From the NCBI GenBank assembly GCA_951406725.2, contig OX597815.1, forward strand, positions 41,354,001 through 41,418,000: a stretch of DNA of 64,000 bases, read 5' to 3'. Each line of letters opens with the position of its first letter. Positions within the stretch are counted from its first letter, which is position 1. A program made the translations under genes and the position numbers. Below are positions 43,299 through 55,967 of the stretch, piece after piece. The notes below the pieces were generated by a model that saw only the letters and a program-made list of their open reading frames with translations, did no database searches and was not told where the DNA came from. The DNA is from Octopus vulgaris. Its lineage: Eukaryota.

Positions 43299-43981
43299 TA
43301 AAGGATAAGAATATCATAATGGTAATAAAGGGTTTCAAGGTATAAATGAGCAGAAATGATCTCTACCAATCAATGATGTCCAGTTATAAGGCATGGACAA
43401 GTTTGATTAAATGAGGTCTCCCACTTTTCTCACTCACAAAATCAAGAATGAAACTGAGAGGGGCATCAACTAGTTTGTGTTCTTTCATATGATTAACAGA
43501 CAGCCTATTTTCCTGGGAAGTAAAGCTCTGAAGTATGATCCATATTTTTCAAGCACTGCTATTCTCACTTCTCTATAAAGTGAGGATCTTTATCATTTGG
43601 CAGCATGTGGCAAATGCTGTTTAAAAGAATATTGTAGGTTTATCATTTTGGTTAAGTGCAGGTCTGAACCCCAAACACACTAGTCTATGAAGCTACAGAA
43701 CTCAAAACCGCTTAGATCCACAGTTTTCTCCATACCTGTCGGCATTCACCAGATGCATTTTATCCAACTTCCTACACAATTTAACAGTACTATGGTAAAC
43801 GGCAAGTGGTAGCAGCTGCAAATCATTAAAGCAGACCTCACACAGACCACCATGCCAACTGGCTATGGTCTTTTCTGATCACTATTACAACTACTTTCAA
43901 ATTGTGCTTAATGACAGTGGATGTTTGGGTCTTAGGTTCAATTGAAAGCAATATTGATGTAACTCAAAAGTAATGTTTTAA

Positions 43982-44186
43982 CCCTTTTTTACAAATGTAA
44001 TGCTTATTTATCCACATTGTTCTGAATTAATCATGCATTATCTCAAAGCTTTGAGTTTCAAAATATGTGCTTATTTACTTTTAGAATGGCATTGTATGGT
44101 AGATGTGAGAAGCCAGATCTGGCCAGTTTGAACATAGAACAGACAGAATATTTTGGATAGATATGGCCAGTTTAATTGCTAAAGGG
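43982..44186. mobile_element. piggyBac-type MITE
   Basis: TTAA|CCCTTT ... GCTAAAGGG|GTAA; the same right end (GCTAAAGGG|TTAA) occurs at 39797-39809. Confidence 0.65.
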
Positions 44187-44306
44187 GTAACGGCCACATT
44201 GAGAAACATTGAGATGGAAACAACAGCATAACAAATCATGGTACACTGAATAAGCAGGTTGTGAGACTATGATGGTGTCAAATGTGAATAAATTTAATAT
44301 ATGTAA

Positions 44307-44736
44307 AGGCACAGGGGTGGCTTTGTAGTAAAAAAAAGTATGCTTCCCAACAACATGATCTTGGGTTCAGTCCCACCATGTGGCACCTTGAGCAAATACC
44401 TTCTACTATAGCTCCAGATTGACCAAAGCCTTGTGAGTGAAATTGATAAAGAGAAACTGAAAGAAACTCATCATATGCATGTGCATGTGTTACTGTCTCC
44501 TTGCAAAGCAGCACATGATATTTGTAAACAAATGTCAGTGTCATGCATGCAGCATTCTTTTGTCCCCTATCTTCTGTGAAAAACACATCCAGTCAAGGGG
44601 GAAATATTACCTTATTTGAAAATAGGTGAAATGTTGGCAACAGGAAGAGCATCCAGCTGCAGTAAATCTACCTCAACAAATTCCATTCAACCCATGTGAG
44701 CATGATAAAGTGAACATTAAAAAAATGATTATGATG
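44307..44736 (+). mobile_element. tRNA-derived SINE with RTE-type (GAT)n tail
   Basis: Same head and core as 40489, but the 3' half is CAGGAAGAGCATCCAGCTG...CATTAAAAAAATGATTATGATG. Confidence 0.85.
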
Positions 44737-47420
44737 AGAACATGGAATTAAAAAAAGTGGATTGCCTGCAAGAAGTTGAATTAACTCAACATTGTGTATT
44801 CAGAGTAAACAGTGAGTACATCATAAATACAATAGGATATATAATAGGCTGAGAAGGAACAAGAATTTTATGTGCAACAATTACAATGATGCAGCAAACT
44901 GAATAGGCAGTCATTAATAGAACACCAAGGCCTATTCAGTTGGCTTGTTGATAATAATATGTAAGTACTCTTATCTATGTGATATAGTTAGTGATGGTTA
45001 ACAGCTATTGATAGCATAATGTGAAGCTTGGAGGAACAATGGTTGAGAGGTTCAGGTACTGGATTACTAACTGCATGATCGTAAGTTCAGAATTGACACC
45101 TGTCAAGTTGTGCTTCTGAACAAAATGCAGACTGCATTTCTACATTACAACTGAAAAGTTAGCAATAGGAGAAAAAAATCTAAGTGTAAAAACAATTGGC
45201 ACTGTATGCATGGTTTTGTTGTTATAACCATGTCTACAAAACTACAGGGTTTCAGGTTTGGTCCCACTGTGTGGCACCTTAAGCAAAATATCTTCTACTA
45301 TAGCTCTGGATTGCCTTCTAGGTGAAATTTAGTAGATGGAAACTATATGAAGCCTTTGTGTGTGTGTCTATGTTTATTTTTATACTCTATAACTTAGTGA
45401 TTCAATAAAATCCACTAAACCCTTAAAAGCAGTGCTCCAACCTGGCTGCAATCCAAAGAGCGAGACCAGTCAAAGTATAGATAAACCACTCTACCAAGAC
45501 AAATATACATGGCTTTACATAGAAAAGTACTAAAGAATGACAACAGTCTAAGGTTGGAGAGAAAAAAGACCTGTTGATATCAATAGGGCTCTATTAAAAT
45601 AGAGCAGACAATAAGAAGCATATTTAAAAAATATGATGCTGTATGGCAATAAAAAAATGAGCAGAAGATGTTGAGAATCTGCAATGAGCAGAAAGAAATA
45701 AGTTTAGCATGACATGGAATATGCAATAATAGTCGATATTGCAACATCAGTTTTGAAATAATGTCTTCCTACATCCTGTTAGACATTACTGGCTAAATAA
45801 ATTGCATCTAACTTCCTGCTAGTTTTCCACCTTACTATTTTCTCTTGTACTCGTAACAAACCTGTTGCTTACCTCTATGTCCCTACCTATTTCTACAACT
45901 CCACTACCATGTTGTCTGCTATTTGCAAAAGTTTTTTTTATACCTTTATTTTTTGTATAGTCTCTGCTGTCCTCAATATTAGAATTTACTTTGGCTCTAA
46001 TCGAAAATTATGCCTAAGAAAGGGATCTTTAAATTTCCATACCTTCCTTCTAAATGTTATTTGCTTGCCTCTCTTTTTTTTTTTTAAGACCTGAAATTGC
46101 CAATCTCTAACTTGTTTGAAAATAGTATGGATGTTTAACTTGTCAGTCTGATAACAAAAATGCAAATAAATTATAAATCTGAAGTCAAAACATAAACAGC
46201 AAAAACTTTGCTTGCAGTACAATAGTTAGTTAAGTGGTGCTTTTCACTGTATAGCTTAATGGTTATAATTATTCAGAGCATAATTGATTAGAATTAAGGC
46301 ATCACCCCACACTTCCAATTCCTTGGTGGGTGTATACAAAATATCTGCTACTGATATGGATAGGTAATATGAAGAATTGATGAACACTACGTAAAAAAAG
46401 AAAGCTATGAATTGGTGATGGAAGGCATCTAATAGAATTAGATCAAAGTCCTAGGACATCAGAAACAAGTACATTGAACCTCACACAGTGACACAAGATG
46501 CATAGACAGATGGCATCTTTCAAATGTTTCTTCCCAGCATGGGAAAACAGCATTAAAGGCAATGACTTTTTCTTTGTTATTTAGTTCAAGAAGAACTATT
46601 ACAAGTTCTCTCAAACTGATTAGCATTATGTAGTTGATGATGCTCAGTTTGAATTTTTGCAGTCTATGTCTGTAAGGAATATGAGATCAAAGCAGGTTGT
46701 ATTTTTGAGAAGAAACAACTAGATGAATTATAAGTACAAGATTTGGAGAGGACAATGATAAAGATGGTGCACAAGTTCAGAAGAGAAGGAAGAAATGCAG
46801 TTGTAATAGAGATGAGAAAGATGTAGCATGTCAGTGGTGCACTGCTTGTAGCAAGATTGAAGTTTTAGTAGTGGAGATATTCACGATGATGAACCTAACA
46901 TGACAAAAATTAAACAGGAATTAACATTTTCAAAAGATTAAATCTGCTAATATACAAAACAAAGCATGTCCAGAAACGAAGACCTGTAACTTCAGCTGCA
47001 GTTCACTTCAATTGTAACATGTGATACAGTACTGGAATTCCAACCAGCTTTGATGTTTATACAAACACATCAAAATTCATTGTGATAACACATAGAATCA
47101 ATCACATATTTCAATATAACTAGTACTTATTTTATTGAGCTGTGAAGTGAGAAACTAAAGTGTAATCTGGCAGCATTGAGGATGAATGAAACCAGCTCAA
47201 CTCACCTGGGTGAATGCTGTCTCAAGACAAGACAAAGACCAGTAATCTGGCAGCATTTATATTAAGATGTAAACAAAATGACTACTTTTTTAAAAAACAA
47301 AAATTCATCAAGTGCAAAACAGCAATTGTGACATTTGTCCATCAGCTTAGATTGGGGAAATCAATGTGACTGAAGTTCAGCTTAAATAATCCCTTTTGGA
47401 CTGTCGTGGTTATCTCATTT

Positions 47421-47710
47421 CATCATCATCAACATTGAGCATCTGCTTTCCATGCTGGCATGGGTTAGACAGTTTAACTGAAACTGATAAGCCAGAAGGC
47501 TGTACCAAGTCCCGGTCTGATTTGGTATGGTTTCTACAGCTGGATGCCCTTCCTAATGCCAACCACTCCAAAGAGTATAATGGGTGCTTTTTACATGCCA
47601 CCAGCACGAGTGCCAGTTACATGACACCAGCATTTGCTATGACTACAATTTCACTTGCCTTGATGAATCTTCTCAAGCACAGTATATCACAGAAGGTCTC
47701 AGTCACTTGT
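47421..47710 (-). mobile_element. 5'-truncated RTE 3' end
   Basis: (CAT)n, CTGGATGCCCTTCCTAATGCCAACCAC, and AAGGTCTCAGTCACT (RTE C-terminal coding end). Confidence 0.85.
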
Positions 47711-47959
47711 TTCATAAAAGAATATACAAACTTTCTGATGCTGAATCTTTTTCTCCATTGTGATTAATTTCACCATGAAAACAATGATGACAAACTAAGC
47801 ACTTGGTATCAAGTAGAGAAGAAAAATGAGTTAACCACATTCACAACAGCCTAGATGGTGTGACTTAAATCTGAATTATGCCTGCAGCATGAGAACTCAA
47901 GTTATGACAATAAAGGCAAAACAAAACAGTAACAAAATGTGATGTTGAAAATCTTGTCA

Positions 47960-50936
47960 TATCCCTATCGAGCAGTCCTGTGGTATACAGATAGTTGACT
48001 GAATGCCACATAACTCAAGATCCACCTTTCCAGTTATACTGTCTCCCCATCTTTCTGAGGAACCATACAACACATGCCAGCATGCAATGATGATTTGTAG
48101 GAGTGCAGTGTGACAGCATGAACATATTGCACTCTTTCCACTGATCAGTGTATCCCTATACACAAACAAATTCTGATGAAGGCCATAATGAAGATGAACT
48201 TCAATTAGTGGAGGACAGTTCCTCTGCACGTATTGTTAACAGTGTGCATTACACCTACAGTCTGTGAGGCTACTGAAGCTATTTTAGTGTAATGTGTTCT
48301 TTTAGTTTGTCTTAGCTGAGGTGGAATAGTACAGTCTTTAGGATGTTACAGAAGTGCTCTAGAGTGTTGTGTATGTGTATGGATGTTTGAAGGTGGTTTT
48401 TCATGTAGTGAGAGGGACTGGAGGTTGAAGTTTGTTGCAATGACAAACTGTGTTTTTCATACAACCAGGTGGTTTTCATTTTTGTTTTAATGTGTAGGAA
48501 GTTTGTATACAACTTGCTACAATGCACAGTGCATAGTTTTGTGTTTTTGTAGAGATCGAGGTCTCAGGCAGGATTAGCATAGTCCATGTTCGATCTAATA
48601 TATTATTTGTACACCACTTTTTTAACAAGGTGGCATCAAAAAGTTCTGTAGCATGCCAACAAATGGCAACATATGGTTGTATGTGCAGTGACCTTCATGA
48701 GGCAGTGTGTTGAGTGACATTGCAATGCTTACTTCACAAGTTGTGAAATTTGTGATCACATGTATGTTGTAGTCTGCAATTTTGTCATGCACAGGAACAA
48801 AGAGCGGTGAAATTTTGCATTAAACTTGGGAAGTCTGTTACAGAGACATTGAACATGCTTCAGCAAGTTTACGATAACAAGGCAATGCGCCGTATGGAAT
48901 ATGTCAAGTGGCATGGTCACTTCAAAACCAATAGAACGTCTTCAAAAGACTATGAGTGATCTGAAAGACCTGCCATGACCATCACTCCTGAAAATGTGGT
49001 ATTGTGCATCAAGAATTCGTCCCCCAGGGCCAGACTGTTAATTGAGAGTTCTACTGCTTTGTTTTGAAGCATCTGAGGGAGAACGTCCAGCGAAAAGCAA
49101 CCAGATCTGTAGAGTGTGAAGAATTGGATTCTTCACAATGACAAAGCACCCTGTCACCAAGCTCTCCTCACCCATGAGTTTCTCACCAAAAACAACATGT
49201 GATCACTTCCACACCTGCTCTATTCAGCTTCTGCAGACTTCCATTTCTTCCCCAAGATAAAAATGCAGCTCAAAGGTCACCATTTTAACACTGTTGTTGA
49301 GATCCAGAGCAAATTGCAGGTCCTCGACTCACAGAAAACAACTTCCAGGATGAATTCCAAAAGTGGCAGAAATGTTGCAACTAGTGTATTGCCACACAAG
49401 GTGACTATTTTGAAGGAGATGATGTTAAAACTTGGGTAAATAAGTTTTTTTTTTTTTTAAACATAACTAGTCTGGGAACCTTTTGATACTACCTCATATT
49501 TCTTTCTGTTCGCCAAGTGCGACACCTGTAATTGCTCTAATTATGTTTATACTTTGTTTTGATTTATTCATTATTTTCTGTGCGTGTTGCAAATGTTGTG
49601 TGATGTTATCTGCATGTGAAACTTTTGTAGAGCTGTGGGAAAGTATAAGTTAAAAAGGGTGGGTAAAAAGATAGGTCCTTGTAGCAATTTAAGTGGGGTA
49701 TTTACAGTTTCTGAAAGAGTTGGTCATGTACACTACAAAGGTCTGGCAGCAAGATAACATTTTGTGTTGATTCTTGCAAGTGAATAGTGAGGATGGAGTT
49801 GAAAGCATTGTTAATGTTGACAGTAATTAGAATAGTACTTGTGGAAAGTTATGCTGTTGAAACCATCAAGCACTTTCTATTTCTCAGTATTATAGTGGCT
49901 GAGTATAGAGGCCGGATTCCATATTGTATTTTTGGCAAAGGGGATGTCTAAGAAAATGATGTCAAGGATTAGCCTTTCTAAAACTTTTGAGTGAGCATAG
50001 GCGAGTAATGGATCTGTCAATGGATCTCTACATTACTTCAATTAGGTTTTTGCTGGGCTTTAGTATTGCTATAGTTATGATCCTTTTCATATTAGGAGAA
50101 TATTTCTGTAATTACAAGTAGCTGCAGAGAGTGGAGAATGAAGTGATTGCTTCAAGTTCTAGGTGACTTTAGCTGTTAGTGATTTTTGTACAGGCCTGAA
50201 TCATTTGAGATCTTAGACATCTGTATTGTTTTCTGGGTCTCTGATGAAAGGGTTCAAAATTGTGGTTGAGGTGGAATGAGCATATGTTTTTGCTTATTTT
50301 CCTGTTTTCTTTGCATACATTTTGGGTTCAGATTTTTGAGAATTATCTAAGGACAGTGTTTGTTTGATGTTGCAGCCAGGACATATTATTTGAAAATGTG
50401 ATCAGTGTGACCTTTGATATCAAATCATTTTGATTATGTTACTGTTTTACTGTTAGTTTTGTGATTCATGTTAGAACTGAATGCTACCACTTTCATTTTT
50501 CTATGGTTTACTAATTATTTTCATTTTTAAAAGGAAGATCCGTCTTTCTAATCATACTATCCCCCCCATCTTTCTGAGGAACCATACAACACACTCCAAC
50601 ATGCAATGATGATTTGCAAAGAGTGCAGTGTGACAGCATGAACATATTGCACTCTTTCCACTGTTCAGTGTGTCTCTGTACATGAGCAGATTCTGATGAA
50701 GGCCATAGTGAAGATGAACTTCAATTAGTGGAGGACAGTTCCTCTACACATATTGTTAGCAGTGTGCATTACAATACAGTCTGTGAGGCTACTGAAGCTA
50801 TTGATGCTGCAGCTATTTCAGTGTAATGTGTTCTTTTAGTTTATCTTAGCTGAAGGAGAATAATAATTTTTAGGATGTTACAGTAGTGCTCTAGAGTGTT
50901 GTGTATGTGTATGGATGTTTGAAGATGGTTTTTCAT
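47960..50936 (-). mobile_element. Degenerate non-RTE LINE with duplicated 3' segment (48036-48404 and 50554-50936), interrupted by a mariner
   Basis: Direct repeat of about 370 bp; decayed RT-like motifs at 49850-50090 on minus; Cys/His-rich remnant (ICSCCHTALLQIIIAC) in the repeated part. Confidence 0.55.
48626..49496 (+). mobile_element. Internally deleted mariner transposon
   Basis: TIRs CAAGGTGGCATCAAAAAGTTC / GAACCTTTTGATACTACCTCA|TA; peptides VKFCIKLGKSVTETLNMLQQVY, EFVPQGQTVN, WILHNDKAPCH and ADFHFFPKIKMQLKG. Confidence 0.9.
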
Positions 50937-53900
50937 GGTGGATTGTAAAATCACAGACAAAATGCCTTGCAATATTTGAGTTCAGCTCCCACTAAGGTCA
51001 ACTTTGCTTCTTATTCCTCCAAAATTGTTAAAGTATCATTCAAGTACTTGAGTCAATATACAATTCTCCTCCACCAAATTCCAGAATTAGTAGATTAGAA
51101 TAAGTTAGAACAGCAGACAATATGCCTAGTGTCCAGGTTCTAATCATTCTGAGTTCAAATCCTACAGAGGTCAACATTGTCTTTCATCTTTCAAGAGTCA
51201 ATAAAATACCAATCAAGCACTGATATTTTTTAGCACAAGGCTGAATAATAATTGTTTCAAATTCCCTGCCCAAAAATTTCTGGCTATATGCCAGAAACTT
51301 GTGGGGAGGGGACAAGAAGCAATTATTATTAAGGTGATAAACTGGCAGAATTGTACTAGAAAATATGCTTTGTGTCATTTCTTCCAGCTCTTTACATTCT
51401 TAGTTAAATCCTGCTGAGATCAATGGAGCATTTCATTCTTCCAGGGTTGATGAAATACCATTGACCCCAGCCAAGCACTGGCTGTGTGCCCATATTAGAA
51501 ACAGTTATTATTGCTGTTATTATGACCATTGCAAAAATGGTTACAATGAATGAAACTACTTTAAATATATACATATACATGAGAGAACAGCTGGGTAAGA
51601 GGCTTGTGCCCTTCACAGTCAGGATAATCATGGCTCTGCAGGTTCCTTGAATGGCCAAAGTAGGAGTATCAGGACTGCATCAACTATGTATTTACATACG
51701 TATACCATGTATACTTTTCATCTCATTTCTCCCTAAATCTCTCACAATCTGCCTTTTTTTCTCTCTCACCAATCACATGCAAATCCCCTACACAAATTGT
51801 AACTCATCTTTGCAATGTCCTCCTCATATGATGCTCCTGTGGCAAATAAATCATTATTATTACTACTACTGTGTTATTTTCTTGTTTAGTTTTTGATTTT
51901 GGCTTTAATTTCGGCAATGAATAAGTGTCAGATTAAAGAAGTAAATGACTGTTTACACACAGGTGATAAGATTATGTTGCAGACCAATTAATCTATTCTA
52001 TAGTAATAAGGAAAAAAATTCGTATCACTACTGAAAAATTGCTGGTGACAAATAAAACCAATATCGTATTGCAGATATAATAATCAATGAAAACGTGATT
52101 AAAACAAAAAAGTAGATGCTTTTGTATTTTAATTGCAATAGAGGTGAAGGACATTTGAAGCCTTTGCACGTCGATCAAATCTAGATACTGTGGAGTCAAA
52201 ATCGAAAATGCTTGTCTTCAATTAAACCCATAAAGAATGATTTTGCACTCTCTCTCTCTCTCTCTCGCATACACACACACACACACACACAATGAATTTT
52301 TAAAAGTTTCAAAAAGTGGCCATCGAATCAATGAATGAATTAAAATTTGAGGATCAATTTTGAATCTGGAGATTTGGGAATTCAGAAAATATGACAACAT
52401 ATGTAATTTAATTTCTAAATAAAATTCTACAAGAGAGATAATAAAGACAATTCTATTTTAATTAATAAATAATTAATGGTCAGTACAGTGTGAATATCGA
52501 ATAACAAAATTTGGTTCCAAACTAGTAATTATGCATTCGTTAATGGAATACAATACACAAAACAATAATTATGAATATTCAAATTTTAAAAATTCTCTCC
52601 AACTTTCTATTTTGAATAGGATTTTTTTTTTCTTGCTAAAAAAATTTGCTTCAATTTTCAAAACCAAGACAAAATTATGGGTAGAAATAAGAAGCTGATC
52701 AAATGTTTATATCATGGTCATAGCTAACCTTGAGTAAATGACCTAACAACGAACGAATAACCAATAGGATATTTTTATAGGACTCATAACTACTTAGTTA
52801 AATCATGGCTAATTAATCCATTAGTATTTAATAGAGATATGGCTTATTTTTAAACCACACTAAAATAACAACACTTCATTATTGTTTTACCTGTATTTAA
52901 ATAGACATGTTCATCTTCCTTTATTTGCATTTAAATTCGACAGCAGTGACCACTTTTGGGTTCAACTACACTAAACAGTAGCAAAAGAAGCATTACAGTT
53001 ACCTGGATTGCGATTTATATCTCAACTTAAATACTAAGGATTGTGTTTGCAGCAGGTTGGGAATGACCTAAGAGGGATAGCTGTAATAAGGCATGGTAGT
53101 GGCTACAATGGGCCGCAACCGCCAATCAACATATGTTTGGATTCAGTTATGTAGGTAACTAGTTTAGCATATTAAGATTGTTTTCTTTTAGAAAATTAAA
53201 AGATTTTCTAATAGATGAATAATTCTAATATGTTTCAATAACTTTCTTCAATCTCTTCATCTCATCGTATTTTTAAAAATTCGATTTTCAGTATAACTAA
53301 ATAAACTAACACGATGACTAATAAATCAATGTGCTTTCGTAGCAAAATATTGTTTACCTGAAAATGCATTTATATGTAAATTAGAGTTCAAATATCTAAA
53401 ACATGCAACGAAGTGAGCTGGAATAGGTAGGAGCTGAGTTTGTAAATCAAGTGATTTATAAATAAAGCAAGTGCAGCAATTATCTCCTGTTCAATGCAAG
53501 TCAAATATGCAAACAGAACTCTTATAGAAACGATATTTAACTGATTACAAGATATTGAACGAAAGACGAAATAGTTTCATAAACATTGCACAACACACGC
53601 AGATACATACTTTGAGTTTACGTTCTTCATCTGGAGATAGCCGAATTTGCAACACTATTGAAACCTTAACATTAAAAAGATGCTAAATATTTCATACCTT
53701 GTGAAAAGGGTATTCGAAATAACACAGGTAACAAGTCAACAGTTATTACTATTTGGTTTTTTGAAATAAAAAACACGCAAAACAAAATATTAGAATACTG
53801 TTTAAAATAACCCTCAATACAAATATATCTATATCTAAATAAATAACTTGAAATTGTGCAATAGTATTTTGAGAGAACACTTTAGCATCATTTGTTTTCT

Positions 53901-54189
53901 TAACAACAAATAAACCAGCTTGTCGATAAAGCATTCACTTCGTAAAACGAAGTAAAACGTAACTAAATTAATTGAAATTATTTGCATGCGATTATATCAT
54001 TTACAGATTCTATTTAAGATGCACTTTGGTTTAAATTAGTAAATGAATCCTTATTTACATTGTTAGTTTCAATTCATAAGGTAGGTATGCTTAATTACAC
54101 GCGCAGTTTGTTAGAATAACAGAGATGTGTAAAGAAAATTACTAACGTATGCTTGCAAGCGAGAAGGGAAGTCGGCACCATTTACTTAC

Positions 54190-54343
54190 CTTTTTTCAAG
54201 ACTTTTAGCCATAAATCGACTATCTTCTTATGATGCGCTTTATGATGAATAATCCATAATGACATACTTTGAATGCCATCTTGCGTGTTGTTAACAGCAT
54301 GTAGTTTTCTTTCAACACTTTCTTCATTCAAGGATGACGCCAT
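54190..54343 (-). CDS. RPRD2: First coding exon of a regulation of nuclear pre-mRNA domain-containing protein (RPRD2/RPRD1 family, Pol II CTD-interacting domain)
   Basis: Manual translation: MASSLNEESVERKLHAVNNTQDGIQSMSLWIIHHKAHHKKIVDLWLKVLKK. Strong start context AACATGGCG and a phase-1 donor G|GTAAGT at 54189. Matches CID helices (RPRD2 KFQSVTNTMESIQGLSSW; RPRD1 LSLWLIHH). Paralog assignment is tentative. Confidence 0.9.
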
Positions 54344-55154
54344 GTTTGGTGTTTACTCCAGCAACAACACAGCTTTCAGGTTAATTTTAATAATCACCGA
54401 CTGACTGCACTAGTAATATTCCCTACCATACAATAAAGAAGCATTGTAGCTTCGAAGAATATTTTTAAAAATTCAAATAACTTAATAATATTAAAATTAC
54501 TTTCTTCAATAAACTTATTGTTTCACACATTTAAGTAGTCCGCCATATTGGAATTGTAGTAGTTACTTCGGCAGTTTCCGGAGAAAATATCAGTTTCGTT
54601 ACATTTTAATAAAGAATAAAGAAAATTTATATAATATATTTATTTAAGCGTCTTTTTTTATTATAAATTATATTCGATCTAAAAAATTAAATTTTAATCA
54701 ACTAATTATTTTCAGTCTGCGAGAGCTATTACGTCATGAATCTCAAATCGACCCATAAGAAATGCTAGCTGGCAGCTATATATAAATCAGTCAGACGCAT
54801 GGTGCTTGTCACTTCGTCCTGTTATTTGGAGCGGGTCTTCAGAATAGGTTTCAGGAGAAAAGAAAAATAACCGAACTATGCGAAACTATTACAGATCATT
54901 GAATTTAAATGTATTTTCCACAAATTTGGAAATTGCGGCTTCTAATATATATTAAAAAAAAGTTTCCAAGTTAGATGCCAAAGATAAGATACAAACTGCG
55001 TGTGGGTGTTCTCTTTAAACTTCAGACAATCGCATCAGGATGTTTTAGTTGGATTCTACTGATGGCTGGTTAATGGTTATGTTCTCAATTAGTTCTTTTA
55101 ACTCCGAGCCAGAAAACTGTCCTAAGGAACTTCTGGATGCATGGAGAAGGAAGC
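54344..55154. promoter_or_regulatory. Putative bidirectional promoter and 5' UTRs of the RPRD-like and CHSY-like genes
   Basis: 811 bp between divergent ATGs. YY1-like CCGCCATATT (54540), ETS-like TTCCGG (about 54576), CRE half-site TTACGTCA (54729), TATAAA at 54781 with Inr-like TCACTTC whose A is at 54811. Confidence 0.6.
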
Positions 55155-55967
55155 ATGGCCAAACGGAGGTATGGAATTCGAACAAATTCTTTAATTGGGA
55201 TACTTTTCGGTATCATCAGTGGCATGTTACTGGCCAGTTGGAGTGGTTATCGGTTTATCACTTGTGGATTATCCCATGGAAGATGCTGTATCTTAGGTCA
55301 ACTTTCCAATGATCCTGTACAAGTAACGGATACATCACAGCCTTATGCTTCAACTTCATGCCAGCAAACTCAGGAACCACAGAATGTTCGAAAATCTACG
55401 AAAAACTTCATACTTATTGGTGTCATGACTGCTAAAAAGTACCTAAATACCCGAGCAATTGCTGCGTACAAAACTTGGGCCCGTTCGATAAACGGAGAAG
55501 TTATTTTCTTTTCTAGTGAAACTTCTCAAGGAAATGGTGATCTCCCGGTAGTCGGTCTGCGAGGCGTTGATGATACTTACCCACCTCAGAAGAAATCATT
55601 CAGTATGTTAAAGTACATGCATGATCATTATATTGATGAATTCGAGTGGTTTATGAGGGCAGATGATGATGTATACATCAAAGGATCACGCCTCCAAAGT
55701 TTTTTAAGATCGATTAATAGTTCAAAACCACAATTTATAGGCCAAGCTGGGCTTGGGACCAAAGAAGAGTCTGGTCTATTAAAACTTAAAGAAAATGAAA
55801 ACTTTTGTATGGGAGGACCTGGTATAGTGTTTAGTCGGGCTACTTTAAAACTAGTGGCCAGCCATGTCGACCATTGTATGCAGAGTCCGCTCACTTTACA
55901 TGAAGATGTAGAAATTGGAAGGTGTGTCCAGAGATATGCTGGGATTTCCTGCACTTGGGCTTTTGAG
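55155..55967 (+). CDS. CHSY1: First coding exon of chondroitin sulfate synthase (CHSY1/sqv-5-like glycosyltransferase)
   Basis: Type-II TM anchor (LIGILFGIISGMLLA), then IGVMTAKKYLNTRA, GVDDTYPPQKKSFSMLKYMHDHY, EWFMRADDDVY, FIGQAGLG, FCMGGPG and HEDVEIGRCV. Donor GAG|GTGAAT after WAFE matches the W-S-Y-E intron position I recall for vertebrate CHSY1. An in-frame upstream ATG is at 55137. Confidence 0.95.

Noticed and set aside
45763-45805. IYLASNV on the minus strand resembling CID FYLANDV
   Set aside because: Immediately followed by a stop, with no flanking similarity or splice sites.
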